From a virus, in IMG/VR virus record IMGVR_UViG_3300047323_000545: a stretch of 64,000 nucleotides of DNA, one strand, 5' to 3'. Below, piece by piece: positions 44,263 to 53,485 of the stretch. The notes under the pieces are model-generated. The model was not told the origin of the DNA. It made no database searches and was given only the letters and a program-made list of their open reading frames with translations. The position numbers and the translations under genes are program-made. Numbering within the stretch: the stretch's first letter is position 1; every line of letters starts with the position of its first letter.

Positions 44263-44694
44263 CTAGATCTCCTTCGTTGCGTGGCGTGCCCGGTCGGCGG
44301 TCGGCCTGGGATCCCCGCACACGCCGCAGTGCGTCCACGTGTTCCCGTCGGCGTCGCGGGCGGGCTCGTCGCCCTCGTCCAGCGCGGTCACCCACACGTG
44401 CTCGTGGTCGGGGGTGAGCGGGAGGACGACGGTACGGACGGCGTCGATGGGCTTGGTGGAGAGGAGGGAGGGGGAGCACACTCCGATGCTGCGGCCGAGC
44501 CGGGCGACCGTCGCGGCGGCGTGCTCGGCGGCGTAGGCGCGGGCGGCCTCGGCGAGCGCGGTGACGTCCTCCAGGGGCACACCGGCGGCCAGGAGGCGCG
44601 CGGCGGCGGTCTGGAGGGCCAGGGCGGCGCGCTCCAGGGCGGCGCGCTCCTGGGCGTAGGGGCTGTGCTGCGGGCGGTCGGGCTTGGCGGGCAT
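44263..44694 (-). CDS. Hypothetical protein
   Basis: Start MPAKPD; AAGGAG RBS; CCCGCCA leader. Confidence 0.55.
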   Translation of the reverse strand: MPAKPDRPQHSPYAQERAALERAALALQTAAARLLAAGVPLEDVTALAEAARAYAAEHAAATVARLGRSIGVCSPSLLSTKPIDAVRTVVLPLTPDHEHVWVTALDEGDEPARDADGNTWTHCGVCGDPRPTADRARHATKEI

Positions 44695-44779
44695 GGTGCT
44701 CCTTGAGCTGTGGCGGGTCAGCGGGCGGGTGCCGCGTCGGGCGCTGGCGGGCGCTGGCGCAGCGGGATGTGTGGGGCGC

Positions 44780-45148
44780 TCAGTCGACGTCGTCCCAGTC
44801 GGCCCAGCGGGGGCGGCTGAGTCGGATGCTGAACACATAGGCGGTGTCGTTGGCGCGCACCTGGCGGACGATCGGGGCGTGTTCGTGGGTGTGGAGGAAC
44901 TCGCACACGGTGAGGCTGGCGTGGGTGCTGTCGTCGGCGGTGCGCTCCAGGGGGACGAGGTTCTCGCCGGGGTAGGGCGGCCACTGGTAGGCGCCGAGCA
45001 CCTCGGCCTGCGTCCATGCCCAGTTGGTTGCGGCGGTGCGGGTGGCGGCGCGCACCCGGATCACGTCGGCGTCCTCGGGCACGAGGGCGCGGAGGGTGTC
45101 GACGGCGGCGGACGGGCGGGGCTGGGCGGGGCTGGCGTACGGGCCCAT
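44780..45148 (-). CDS. Hypothetical protein
   Basis: CCAGGAGC RBS cassette. Confidence 0.55.
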   Translation of the reverse strand: MGPYASPAQPRPSAAVDTLRALVPEDADVIRVRAATRTAATNWAWTQAEVLGAYQWPPYPGENLVPLERTADDSTHASLTVCEFLHTHEHAPIVRQVRANDTAYVFSIRLSRPRWADWDDVD

Positions 45149-45184
45149 GGTCGGGTGCTCCTGGGGTCGGTGGCGGACGGTCGG

Positions 45185-45739
45185 TCAGTGGCGGCAGTCG
45201 CCACGGTGGTGGTTGCTGCGGCCACACTTGTCGCCGTTGCTGTCGTAGCTGGTGCACCAGGTGCCGGGGATGCCGTTGACGGCGCTGAGGTAGCCGAGGG
45301 TGGACAGCAGGCGCTCGCGGTGGTCGGGGTCGGCGTGGGCGGTGACGAGGGCGGCGAACGCCTTCGTCTCGTCGTAGGACAGGCGGGGCGTGCCGTCCTG
45401 GAATCGGTCGGTGAGGGCGGCGGCGTTGGCGTCGAGGGGGTTGGTGTCGGCGGCGGCCTGGGCGGCGGCGAGCAGCAGGGTGCGCGCGGTGGTGTCGTCG
45501 GCGGCCGTCCGGTCGAGAGTGCCGATCATGTCGAACCCGCTGTCGGGGCGCTGCCAGCGCGGGCCGTCGTTGACCAGGAGGGACGCGCGGGGCGCGGCGG
45601 GCCAGCTCACGCCGGTGCGGCCGTCGTAGTGGTCGCGGGTGCTGGGGAGGCGGCGAGAGGCGTGGCCGAGGTTGTTCGAGCAGAGGTGGACGGCGGTGGG
45701 GCTGACGAGGGTCTCGTCGCAGCGGGGGTCAGTGGCCAT
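45185..45739 (-). CDS. Hypothetical protein with two Cys/His motifs
   Basis: CCAGGAGCGCCCC RBS cassette. Confidence 0.55.
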   Translation of the reverse strand: MATDPRCDETLVSPTAVHLCSNNLGHASRRLPSTRDHYDGRTGVSWPAAPRASLLVNDGPRWQRPDSGFDMIGTLDRTAADDTTARTLLLAAAQAAADTNPLDANAAALTDRFQDGTPRLSYDETKAFAALVTAHADPDHRERLLSTLGYLSAVNGIPGTWCTSYDSNGDKCGRSNHHRGDCRH

Positions 45740-45779
45740 GGCGGGGCGCTCCTGGGTGTGTGGCGGGCGGTGGCGAGGG

Positions 45780-46205
45780 TCATCGCTTGTAGTTGGCGCG
45801 GCTGCGGGTGGAGGCGTTGCCCTTGGACTCTTTGCCCCTGGGCGCGCTGACGCGGCGGTCGATGGGGGGCAGGGTGCGGTATTCGGGGGTGGGTTCGAGG
45901 ACGGTGGTGCGGGAGGCTTTCCAGTCTTCGAACGTGAGCAGGGCGAGGGGGCCGTCGGTCGAGGCGGTCTCCTGGTCGATGTAGCGGTTGTATGCGGTGA
46001 GGAGGCGGGCGAGGGCGGGGCGCGTGCCGGGTGCGGTGCCGGTGGTGTAGGTGTCGCTGGCGTGCCGGGCGTCGTACCCGGCGAGGTACTCGTCCATCTC
46101 AGCGGCGCCGGTGAGCTGGAGGGCGCCGAGGGTCTCGGTGGTGGGCGAGAGCTGGTAAGCGGACTCGGCTGCGGTGCGGCGGGCGGTGGTGGTCGGCGTG
46201 GCCAT
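45780..46205 (-). CDS. Hypothetical protein
   Basis: CCAGGAGCGCCCC RBS cassette. Confidence 0.55.
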   Translation of the reverse strand: MATPTTTARRTAAESAYQLSPTTETLGALQLTGAAEMDEYLAGYDARHASDTYTTGTAPGTRPALARLLTAYNRYIDQETASTDGPLALLTFEDWKASRTTVLEPTPEYRTLPPIDRRVSAPRGKESKGNASTRSRANYKR

Positions 46206-46302
46206 GGCGGGGCGCTCCTGGGGTCTGTGGGTGCTGGCGGGTGGTGGGTGGCGCTGCGCCCCCGTGGCGGTGCGATGGGGGCGCAGCAGGCTTGTGGGTG
46301 GG

Positions 46303-46617
46303 TCAGGCGGGCAGTGCGCGGGTGGCCTGCTGGCGGGTCACGAAGGCAGCGCGGGCGGCGAGGCGCAGCGCGGGGCGCTCCTCGGCGGGGCCGTGTATGG
46401 CGCGGTCGCCCCAGGTGCGGAACTGGGTGTCAGTGAGGGCGGCGAGGGCGGGCAGGTGCTCGGTGGGGATGTCGAGGGGGGCGTACTGGTTGCCGGGGCG
46501 GCCGGTGAGGGTGGCGCCGTCCAGGAGGGCGGCGAGGGGGGCGGGCACGTCGTGGGTGGGCTCGGCGCGGTGGCGGTCGAGGTAGGCGGCGGGGAGCTTG
46601 ACGCGGGCGGTGTCCAT
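46303..46617 (-). CDS. Hypothetical protein
   Basis: CCAGGAGC RBS cassette. Confidence 0.55.
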   Translation of the reverse strand: MDTARVKLPAAYLDRHRAEPTHDVPAPLAALLDGATLTGRPGNQYAPLDIPTEHLPALAALTDTQFRTWGDRAIHGPAEERPALRLAARAAFVTRQQATRALPA

Positions 46618-46714
46618 GGCGGGCTCCTGGGGGCTGTTGGCGGGCGTGTGGTGGGCTGGTTGGGAGCTGGGCGCCCCGGGGCGGTGCGGGGCGCTCCTGG
46701 GGGCGCTCAGCGCC

Positions 46715-47065
46715 TCACAGCTTGGTCTCGTCGGTGATCTTGAGGGTGACGGGGCGGCCGGTGAAGCCGAGCCAGTCGGCGGCGGCGCGGGCGGCGTCGT
46801 CGGGGGTGAGGTGGCGGAACCCGTGCTGCTCGTCGGCGTAGTCGTTGAAGCCGTCGAGGGTGGCGCGGCGGGTGCCGCCGGTGATCTGCCACTGGTCGAC
46901 CTTGCCGGTTGCGTTGATGGCGGCGTGGTCGGCGGGGGCGAGCGGGCCGAGGAACATGAGGCCGGTCAGCCGGGTGTCGTCGCGGTGCGTCCAGACGATC
47001 TCCACGGGGACGGGGCGCTGCTCCTTGGCGGGGGTGGGGGCGGGTGCTCCGAGGGTGACGGTCAC
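46715..47065 (-). CDS. Hypothetical protein
   Basis: CCAGGAGCGCCCC RBS cassette; GTG start. Confidence 0.55.
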   Translation of the reverse strand: MTVTLGAPAPTPAKEQRPVPVEIVWTHRDDTRLTGLMFLGPLAPADHAAINATGKVDQWQITGGTRRATLDGFNDYADEQHGFRHLTPDDAARAAADWLGFTGRPVTLKITDETKL

Positions 47066-47152
47066 GGGGGCGCTCCTGGGGGTCTGTGGCGGTCTGGGAG
47101 GGGTCGGGGGTGGCTGCGCCCCGTCCGGGTCGTGGGCGGGGCGCAGCGGGCT

Positions 47153-47647
47153 TCAGGCGGTCGCGGGGGCGGGGGTGTAGGCGTCGCGGAGGGTGGCGGC
47201 GGCGGTGGCGGGGTCGCGGTGGTGGCGGCCGATGGCGAGCCAGGCGCGCAGGGTGAGGATGGAGCGGGCGCCGGGGTGGCCGGTGCCGGTGACCATGCCG
47301 CGCTCACGCAGGGCGATGGAGACGGCGTGCGACAGGGCGTGTCCGGCGTGCTCCAGGTGGGACACGTTGCGGCGGCTGCGCTCCCAGGTGATCGGCGTAC
47401 CGGGGTCGGCGGCGAGGGCGAGCAGCGCGCGGCGCTGGGCGGGGGTGAGCGGGGCGAGGGGCTCGGTGGGGGCGAGGGTGACGGTCCGGCCGTTGCCGGT
47501 GAGGGTGAGGCTGGCGGTGGTGGGGTCGGCGGTGAGGGTGAAGCCCTCGGCGAGCGCGCGGGAGATCAGGGCTTCGGCGGTCGGTTCGGCGTAGGTGTGG
47601 GTGGTGGTGCCGTGGCCGTCGTCGGCGGTGATGGTGGCGGTGTACAT
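47153..47647 (-). CDS. Hypothetical protein with winged-helix-like C-terminal domain
   Basis: Start MYTATIT; LTPAQRRALL...L.ERGMV...LT. Confidence 0.55.
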   Translation of the reverse strand: MYTATITADDGHGTTTHTYAEPTAEALISRALAEGFTLTADPTTASLTLTGNGRTVTLAPTEPLAPLTPAQRRALLALAADPGTPITWERSRRNVSHLEHAGHALSHAVSIALRERGMVTGTGHPGARSILTLRAWLAIGRHHRDPATAAATLRDAYTPAPATA

Positions 47648-48801
47648 GCGGGGCGCTCCGTGGCGTTGTGGCGGGCGATCGGGGGCCGGGCGGGGGTGGG
47701 GCGCTCCCGGGTGGTGGGTGCGCCCCGGGGGGTGTGTGAGGCGGTGGGGGTGGTCTCGTGGGAGTCGGCCCAGATGAAGCCGACGCGGCCGGGGATGCGG
47801 ATGCCGACGCGGTGGGTGCGGATTCCCTGGCGGGCGTGGGCCGTGGTCGCGGCGCGGAGCTGTCCGGCGGTCTCCACGATGCCGGTGAATTCCTGGCCTC
47901 GCTGGGTGACGGTCACGGTGGTGCCGACGGGGACCACGATGTCGGCGGCGGGGGCGTCCTGGGGCCCCTGGGGGTCGTCGCCCTGGGCGATGTTGAGATC
48001 GGCGGACGGCTCGCGGTCGACGGTGGGGAGGGTGTCGGCCATGGCGATGAGGTCGCGCTCCCAGTCGGCGAGGACGGGGCCCGTGGGGGCGTCCTCGGGC
48101 GCAGCGGGGGCGGTGGGGGCCTCCTGGGGGCCCTGCTGCGCCTGGGCGGCCTTGACGGTGCGGCGGGCGGCGGTGACGCGCTGGGCGACCGTGGTGGCGG
48201 CGGCGGACTCGGTGCGTGCGGCCTCCTCGCGGTCGTAGTCGTCGGCGTTGGCGTCGATGCAGTTGTCGGCGTACTCGGCGAGGAGGCGCAGCACGGTGGG
48301 GGTGGCGGTCACGGTGGTGTGGGTGTCGTGGTGGGTGCCCGCGTCGTAGGCCTCGCGGGTTTCCTTGCACTCGGGGTCGGTGTCGTCGTGGCCGAGGGCG
48401 AGGCCGGTGCCGTCGAGCCAGTCACAGAAGGGGGTGGGGAGGTCGATGGTGGCGAGTCCGGCCTGTGCGCGGTAGTCGGCGGCGACCTGGCGGAGGCGGG
48501 CGGCGTCTGCGGTGCAGTGGTCGTACTCGGCCTGCCAGTCGGCGAGGCGGGCCTCGATGGCGGGGATGCGCTCCTCGGTGATCTTGCGCTCCTCCTCGCG
48601 GCCCTGGGCGTGGCGGTTGGGGCGGTCGAGGCGGGTTGCCTTGCGGTGGGCGCGCTTGAGGTCGGCGCGGGCGTAGGTGAGGGCGGAGCGCTCCCGCTCG
48701 ATGGCGCGCAGCATGGCGGCGGCCTCGGTGTCCTGGGCGGCGGCGTTGGTCTCGGCCTCGGCGGCGTTGGTGAGGAGTTCGGCGGTGGTGATCATGATCA
48801 T
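47566..48801 (-). CDS. Coiled-coil hypothetical protein
   Basis: First gene after an early promoter; the C-terminus runs into the next gene, so the 3' end is uncertain. Confidence 0.55.
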   Translation of the reverse strand: MIMITTAELLTNAAEAETNAAAQDTEAAAMLRAIERERSALTYARADLKRAHRKATRLDRPNRHAQGREEERKITEERIPAIEARLADWQAEYDHCTADAARLRQVAADYRAQAGLATIDLPTPFCDWLDGTGLALGHDDTDPECKETREAYDAGTHHDTHTTVTATPTVLRLLAEYADNCIDANADDYDREEAARTESAAATTVAQRVTAARRTVKAAQAQQGPQEAPTAPAAPEDAPTGPVLADWERDLIAMADTLPTVDREPSADLNIAQGDDPQGPQDAPAADIVVPVGTTVTVTQRGQEFTGIVETAGQLRAATTAHARQGIRTHRVGIRIPGRVGFIWADSHETTPTASHTPRGAPTTRERPTPARPPIARHNATERPACTPPPSPPTTATAPPPTPTPNRPPKP

Positions 48802-48829
48802 GTGCTCCTTAGTCAATGGCGGGGTACCC

Positions 48830-48860
48830 ACTCTAGGGCAACGGCCGTTGCCCGTGTCAA
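48830..48860 (-). promoter_or_regulatory. Early promoter/operator, copy 7
   Basis: TTGACA-19-TAGAGT with GCAAC-GGCC-GTTGC. Confidence 0.8.
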
Positions 48861-48926
48861 GCGGGTGGGGGAAACTCCCCCGGGGGAGGACCGTGGCGGT
48901 GGTCCTCCCCCTGGCGCGCCCGGCGC

Positions 48927-50450
48927 CTACGCGCTGATCTTGGGCCGCTTCACCGTCGTCTCACGCGCCCCGGAGCGCTCCTGGTGCTTGGACACCGTCC
49001 CCGTCACCGTCACGCCCTCCTGACCCTTCTCCAGCTCCCACGCAGCGCCCGCGTTCGTGTAGGTCTTGAGCGTGATCCCCGCGTGCTCCCCCGTGCCCTC
49101 CAGGATGATCAGCCGCTGGGAGCGCCCGCCCCAGCCGTCCACGCTCATGACCACCCGCACCGTGCCAGTCACGCTCACCACGGCGTCCACCGGCCCCGCG
49201 TACCGGCTCGTGCTCTGCGCCTCCACAGCGCGCCGCATGACCGCAGTCAGGAACGCCGTGCCCTTGCCGTCCAGCGGCTCGAACCCACGGCGCACCTCGC
49301 GGATCAGACCGGCCACCCGGTGCCCGTAGCTGTCGAAGTACTCGGCCGTCTCCCAGTAGCCCAGGCGCGCCCACCAGCGGCCAGCCTCCGGCCCCCCGTC
49401 GCTCAGACGGCGGGGGGTGTCGATGATCTCCTCACCGGCGTAGCAGCGGGCGGCCTCCTCGCGGGTGTCCTCGATGGCGCACCGGTCGTGCAGGATGCGT
49501 TCCGTGCTGTCCGGGGTGAGGGAGCGGCACCAGGCCACCAGGTCGGCGTGAGCGCCCTCCCAGCGCTCCCAGGCGGCCACGCGCTTGGCGTGAGCCCTGG
49601 CGGCCTTCTTCTCGGCGGCCACCCGCTCACGGTCCTTGCGCAGCGCCCAGGCGTACACGAACGCGTCACGCTCCTCACGGGTCCCGGAGAACACCTCCGG
49701 GCGCAGCCCCGTGCGGTTGCAGCCGAAGCACACACCCGCGTGCACCCACTTGAACGGCGTCACACCCTCGCCACCGCAGCGCCCGCACACCTCCACCCAC
49801 GCCCCCATGTCGGCGAACTCGTGGACGCTGCCGTACGCGACGACCACCAGGGACGGGCGCACCACGGCGTCCGCGCCCGTCCCCAGCGTCACCGTCCCCT
49901 CGGTGATCTTCGCCAGGTCGGCCAGCGCGGGCCCCTGGGGCGCTGCGGGGCGCTCCGGGGGCTCCTGCTGCTCCTCGGCCGCCACGGGGGCGCTCACGGG
50001 CTCCTGCCGCTTCCACGACTCCTCGATGACCACGCTGCGCCCGAACTTGCGGCGCAGCATGTCCCGCAGAGACGCCAGCCCCGTGCCGTACGTGATCGCG
50101 GGGGCGCCGTCCACGGCATAGGCGTAGCACCACTGCCACGCGGGGCCGGGCCGGGCAACCTCGGGGTAGAGCTGGGAGCGGGTGAACACGACGCGGGTGG
50201 GCGCCTCCTCGGCCTGCTGCTGCGCCCTGTCCAGCTCGGCCAGGTAGGCGCGCCCACGGTCGTTGATGACCAGCCACGAATGGGTGGCGCCCGGCTCGGC
50301 CACGACCTCGGCCATGTCCCGGCGCAAGATGCCGTCCTGGGTGCGGTCGTTGTGGTCGGACAGCGTCATGATCCCCTTGGGGCTCGCCGCGCCCTTGCGC
50401 AGCAGCTCCAGCATGATCGCGGTCGGCTTGCGGGTGATCAGGTCGCCCAT
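48927..50450 (-). CDS. Multidomain protein: winged-helix-like, DnaJ-type Zn finger, C-terminal OB-fold-like
   Basis: Start MGDLITRK; CGRCGGEG...GVCFGC; beta-rich C-terminus ...VTGTVSKH......T.VKRPK. Confidence 0.6.
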   Translation of the reverse strand: MGDLITRKPTAIMLELLRKGAASPKGIMTLSDHNDRTQDGILRRDMAEVVAEPGATHSWLVINDRGRAYLAELDRAQQQAEEAPTRVVFTRSQLYPEVARPGPAWQWCYAYAVDGAPAITYGTGLASLRDMLRRKFGRSVVIEESWKRQEPVSAPVAAEEQQEPPERPAAPQGPALADLAKITEGTVTLGTGADAVVRPSLVVVAYGSVHEFADMGAWVEVCGRCGGEGVTPFKWVHAGVCFGCNRTGLRPEVFSGTREERDAFVYAWALRKDRERVAAEKKAARAHAKRVAAWERWEGAHADLVAWCRSLTPDSTERILHDRCAIEDTREEAARCYAGEEIIDTPRRLSDGGPEAGRWWARLGYWETAEYFDSYGHRVAGLIREVRRGFEPLDGKGTAFLTAVMRRAVEAQSTSRYAGPVDAVVSVTGTVRVVMSVDGWGGRSQRLIILEGTGEHAGITLKTYTNAGAAWELEKGQEGVTVTGTVSKHQERSGARETTVKRPKISA

Positions 50451-50491
50451 GGTGTGCTCCTCGGGGTGTCTCAACGTCTGGCGGGGTGCCC

Positions 50492-50522
50492 ACTCTAGCG
50501 CAACGGTTGTCGCCCGTGTGCC
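50492..50522 (-). promoter_or_regulatory. Early promoter/operator, copy 8 (weak -35)
   Basis: GCGAC-AACC-GTTGC-GC-TAGAGT. Confidence 0.65.
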
Positions 50523-50616
50523 GGGGAGCACCAAAACAACGGAATCCGCAGCCACCGGGGGCCGCCGCAACGAATTCTTACGGTCGGCCCACCGGCGAGA
50601 GCAACGGAATCCGCAA

Positions 50617-51936
50617 CTACGCCACGCCCCGCACCGGCTCCAGCTCCAGCCGCGCCCCGTTCTCCCGCACCAGCACCAGGCGCAGCCCCATACCGGGCTT
50701 GGACACCTCGCCGCCGTCGGCCAGCTCCTCCGCCAGGTAGGTGCGCGCCACCGCAGTCGGCATGGTGTCGCTCATCCCCCGGCCCCCGCTCGCGGTGAGC
50801 ACCGTCCGCCGGTACCGGCCCGCACCCCCGTCCATGAGCCCCCGCAGCGCCACCAGCGCCTCATCACGCCGCGCCACCCACACCGGATCCCCCTCGGTGC
50901 CCTGCACGCCCTCCACGGCCGTCTCAGCGCTCTTGGGGGCCTCCTGGGTCTCCACGGCCGCCCCGGGGCGCTCCGCGTCCTCCTGGGGGCCCTGGGCGGC
51001 CTCCACGGGGCGCACCGGCGCCAGCATGAGCCGCGCCCCGTCCTCCCGCACGATCCGCACCACGCCACGCCCGTCGTGGCACACCCGGGCGCCATCGTTC
51101 TCCACCCACCGCGCCACCATGCCCAGCGCCCGGAACACCGTCACCTCACGGGCGGCCATCTTGCTGCCGTCGGCCCGGTGACCCATCACGCTGTACTCAG
51201 CCGCCGACTCGTCCACCACGGCCGCCGCAACCTGCTGCGCCCAGCCGTCCTCACAGAACGACTCGCCCACCGCGTACAGCCGCATGCCCGTCTCGTCCTC
51301 CTCCTGGGAGTCGACGACGTCACCCGGGGCCGGAGCAGCGGGCAGCGGCTCACGCTCGTCAGCCAGGCGCAGCGCCTCACGGAAGTCATGGCGCGCCCGG
51401 TCCTCGGCCCGCTCGATCATCGCGGCCCGGTCCTCATCGGTCCACCCGGGCACCGTGACCGCCAGAGTCTTGGCGCCGTGGTCACGGAAGATCATCTTGG
51501 CGCGCCCCTCCACACGGATGCCGTACCGAGGCGTAGGGGTGCCGTAGCGGGCCTCCCACGCGGTGCGAGCCTTCGACTCCCCGACCCAGCCGACCACGCC
51601 CGTCAGAGTGCCCTCGCCGCGCACCGTGACCGTCGCCGCCATGCCCTTGCGCACCGTCGCGCCGTGCTTGGCCTCCCAGTCGGCGAGGTACCCCGCCGCA
51701 CGGTGCGCCACGGCCTTACCGATCACCTCGCGGGTCGCGTCCACCGTGACCCCCGTGTTCGAGTAGTAGGCGGTCGCCCCGTACTCCACGCTGCGGATCT
51801 CCTGGTGCTCCTCGTCCCACACGATCGCGTGAAAGTAGCTGTCGTGGTACAGGTTCTGCTCCCGCGTGCCCAGGACCGCGCCCACGTACTCCGTGCGCTC
51901 CTGGTTGCCGTTGCTGTCGCGGTAGGTGATGCCCAT
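50617..51936 (-). CDS. Multidomain hypothetical protein
   Basis: Start MGITYRD; internal repeat RE(D/N)GARL.L.PV. Confidence 0.6.
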   Translation of the reverse strand: MGITYRDSNGNQERTEYVGAVLGTREQNLYHDSYFHAIVWDEEHQEIRSVEYGATAYYSNTGVTVDATREVIGKAVAHRAAGYLADWEAKHGATVRKGMAATVTVRGEGTLTGVVGWVGESKARTAWEARYGTPTPRYGIRVEGRAKMIFRDHGAKTLAVTVPGWTDEDRAAMIERAEDRARHDFREALRLADEREPLPAAPAPGDVVDSQEEDETGMRLYAVGESFCEDGWAQQVAAAVVDESAAEYSVMGHRADGSKMAAREVTVFRALGMVARWVENDGARVCHDGRGVVRIVREDGARLMLAPVRPVEAAQGPQEDAERPGAAVETQEAPKSAETAVEGVQGTEGDPVWVARRDEALVALRGLMDGGAGRYRRTVLTASGGRGMSDTMPTAVARTYLAEELADGGEVSKPGMGLRLVLVRENGARLELEPVRGVA

Positions 51937-51973
51937 TTCGTGCTCCTCGGTGAGTCCGTCTGGCGGGGTGCCC

Positions 51974-52002
51974 ACGCTATAGCAACAACCGTCGCCCGTC
52001 TA
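51974..52002 (-). promoter_or_regulatory. Early promoter/operator, copy 9
   Basis: TAGACG-17-TAGCGT with GCGAC-GGTT-GTTGC. Confidence 0.75.
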
Positions 52003-52181
52003 GCTGGTGCGCCCCACCAACCCAGAGCAGCGCCCCACCGCTGCGCCCAGCGCTGGCCCGGCCCGGGTTCCGCCCCCTCCGAGGGGTGTCCGACTCACCC
52101 CATATGCGCACGCACCCACACAGAACGGCAGGGGCGCGCACTATGGCCTGCCCCTGCCGCTGGTGGTGTCTGCCCCTGGTG

Positions 52182-52496
52182 TTACTCGTCCTCGTACAGG
52201 TCGGCCCGTCCGTACAGGCGGGTGTACTCCATCCGCCCGTGGAGCGCCTGGCACACTCCCCGGTACTCACTGAGCGCCGTCACGGTGGGGTGCATGAACC
52301 CGTGCTCCCTGTACGCCCCCAGGTAATCCCGGTCGGTCTGGTCGGCCTCCAGCCATGCCGCCCACTCCTCCAGGGGCGCACCCTCGGCCACGGGCGCCAT
52401 GGGGTACACGGCAACCCCCCGCATGCTCTTGCGCTTCCAGGCCTGCTCCACGTTGTCCGGCGCGACGTAGGCCCGGTACTCCTCCAGCGCGTTCAC
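52182..52496 (-). CDS. Hypothetical protein
   Basis: GTGA overlap start. Confidence 0.5.
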   Translation of the reverse strand: MNALEEYRAYVAPDNVEQAWKRKSMRGVAVYPMAPVAEGAPLEEWAAWLEADQTDRDYLGAYREHGFMHPTVTALSEYRGVCQALHGRMEYTRLYGRADLYEDE

Positions 52497-52849
52497 TGCC
52501 ACTCTCCCCGGTCCAGTCGGCGCAGCACGTTCAGCGGCTGCATGCTCTTGTACTCCCCGCCGTTGTAGCCCTGGGCGAACTCCCCCGTGGGCTCCACCTC
52601 GTACACGTGACCGCCGGTCTTCCTGGCGTAGTCGGCGGCCGTGGCGAGGCTGGTGGTGAAGTGGATGTAGCGGGACCTGGGCCCCTCGTCGCCCCATCCG
52701 TTCGTGCGGCGCCCTGTGGTGAGCTGCTCACCCTCGCGGAGCCGCTTGCGGCCACCGTGGTACAGCGGGCCCTCGACGGTGAACGACTTCTCGACGTAGC
52801 CCTCGGCCCCGTAGGTGAGCCCGATCCATGTGTAGGTGCTCGGCGTCAT
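52493..52849 (-). CDS. Arr-like ADP-ribosyltransferase fold protein
   Basis: GPLYHG...L..G..L..G...N.......IHFT....A..YA.....VYEVEPTG.......YKS..PL.V, the Arr-family pattern. Confidence 0.75.
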   Translation of the reverse strand: MTPSTYTWIGLTYGAEGYVEKSFTVEGPLYHGGRKRLREGEQLTTGRRTNGWGDEGPRSRYIHFTTSLATAADYARKTGGHVYEVEPTGEFAQGYNGGEYKSMQPLNVLRRLDRGEWQ

Positions 52850-52934
52850 GGCGGTGTGCCCTCCCTGGGCGAGTCGGCGAGTCTGTTGCCAGGCGGGGCG
52901 CCCCGGTGTGGTCGGGGCGCCCATGGTGGTGCTG

Positions 52935-53399
52935 TCAGTGCTGCGGCTCGCGGCGGTACTCACCCGTGAGCGCGCTACGGGCCTCCTCCACGCTCACGCC
53001 CTGGGCGAGCTGCGAGCCGTCGGCGCGGTAGGCGTCCCAGACTCGGTGCATGGTCCCGGGGCGCGCGTCCATGTACCCGCCCAGCACGGTCAGCCGGTCG
53101 TCGTGGTGCGCGTAGGTCTGCGACTCCGACCCCTCGGCGATCGGCGCCATGTCGACGACGGCGATCGTGTCGTACGGGCCGTAGTGCACGGTCACGCGGT
53201 TCGGCGTACGCTCGGCGCCGCCCAGATACGTGAGGGTGATCCAGCCGTCGGCGTCCGACTTTGCCGTCTCCACGGTGAAGAACGAACCCAGGTAGCGGTG
53301 TGCGGCGTTGTCGTCGCCCCAGAAGCGGCGGACCACTCGCGCGCCGGTGACGATCTTGTCACGCAGGTCGGTGACGGGGGCCTCGGTGATGTGCGGCAT
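52935..53399 (-). CDS. Hypothetical protein
   Basis: GAGGAG RBS. Confidence 0.6.
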   Translation of the reverse strand: MPHITEAPVTDLRDKIVTGARVVRRFWGDDNAAHRYLGSFFTVETAKSDADGWITLTYLGGAERTPNRVTVHYGPYDTIAVVDMAPIAEGSESQTYAHHDDRLTVLGGYMDARPGTMHRVWDAYRADGSQLAQGVSVEEARSALTGEYRREPQH

Positions 53400-53485
53400 G
53401 GTGGTGTCTCCTCGTGGTCGTGCGGGTCTGTGGTGGTCCTGCGGGGCGCGCGGCCGGGTGGGGTCGACTGGGCGCCGTGGGCCTG

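Noticed and set aside
47566-47760. C-terminal extension of 47566-48801 overlapping the next gene's leader and start
   Set aside because: The Pro/Thr-rich tail suggests a lost stop codon or an indel error; there is no evidence for programmed recoding.
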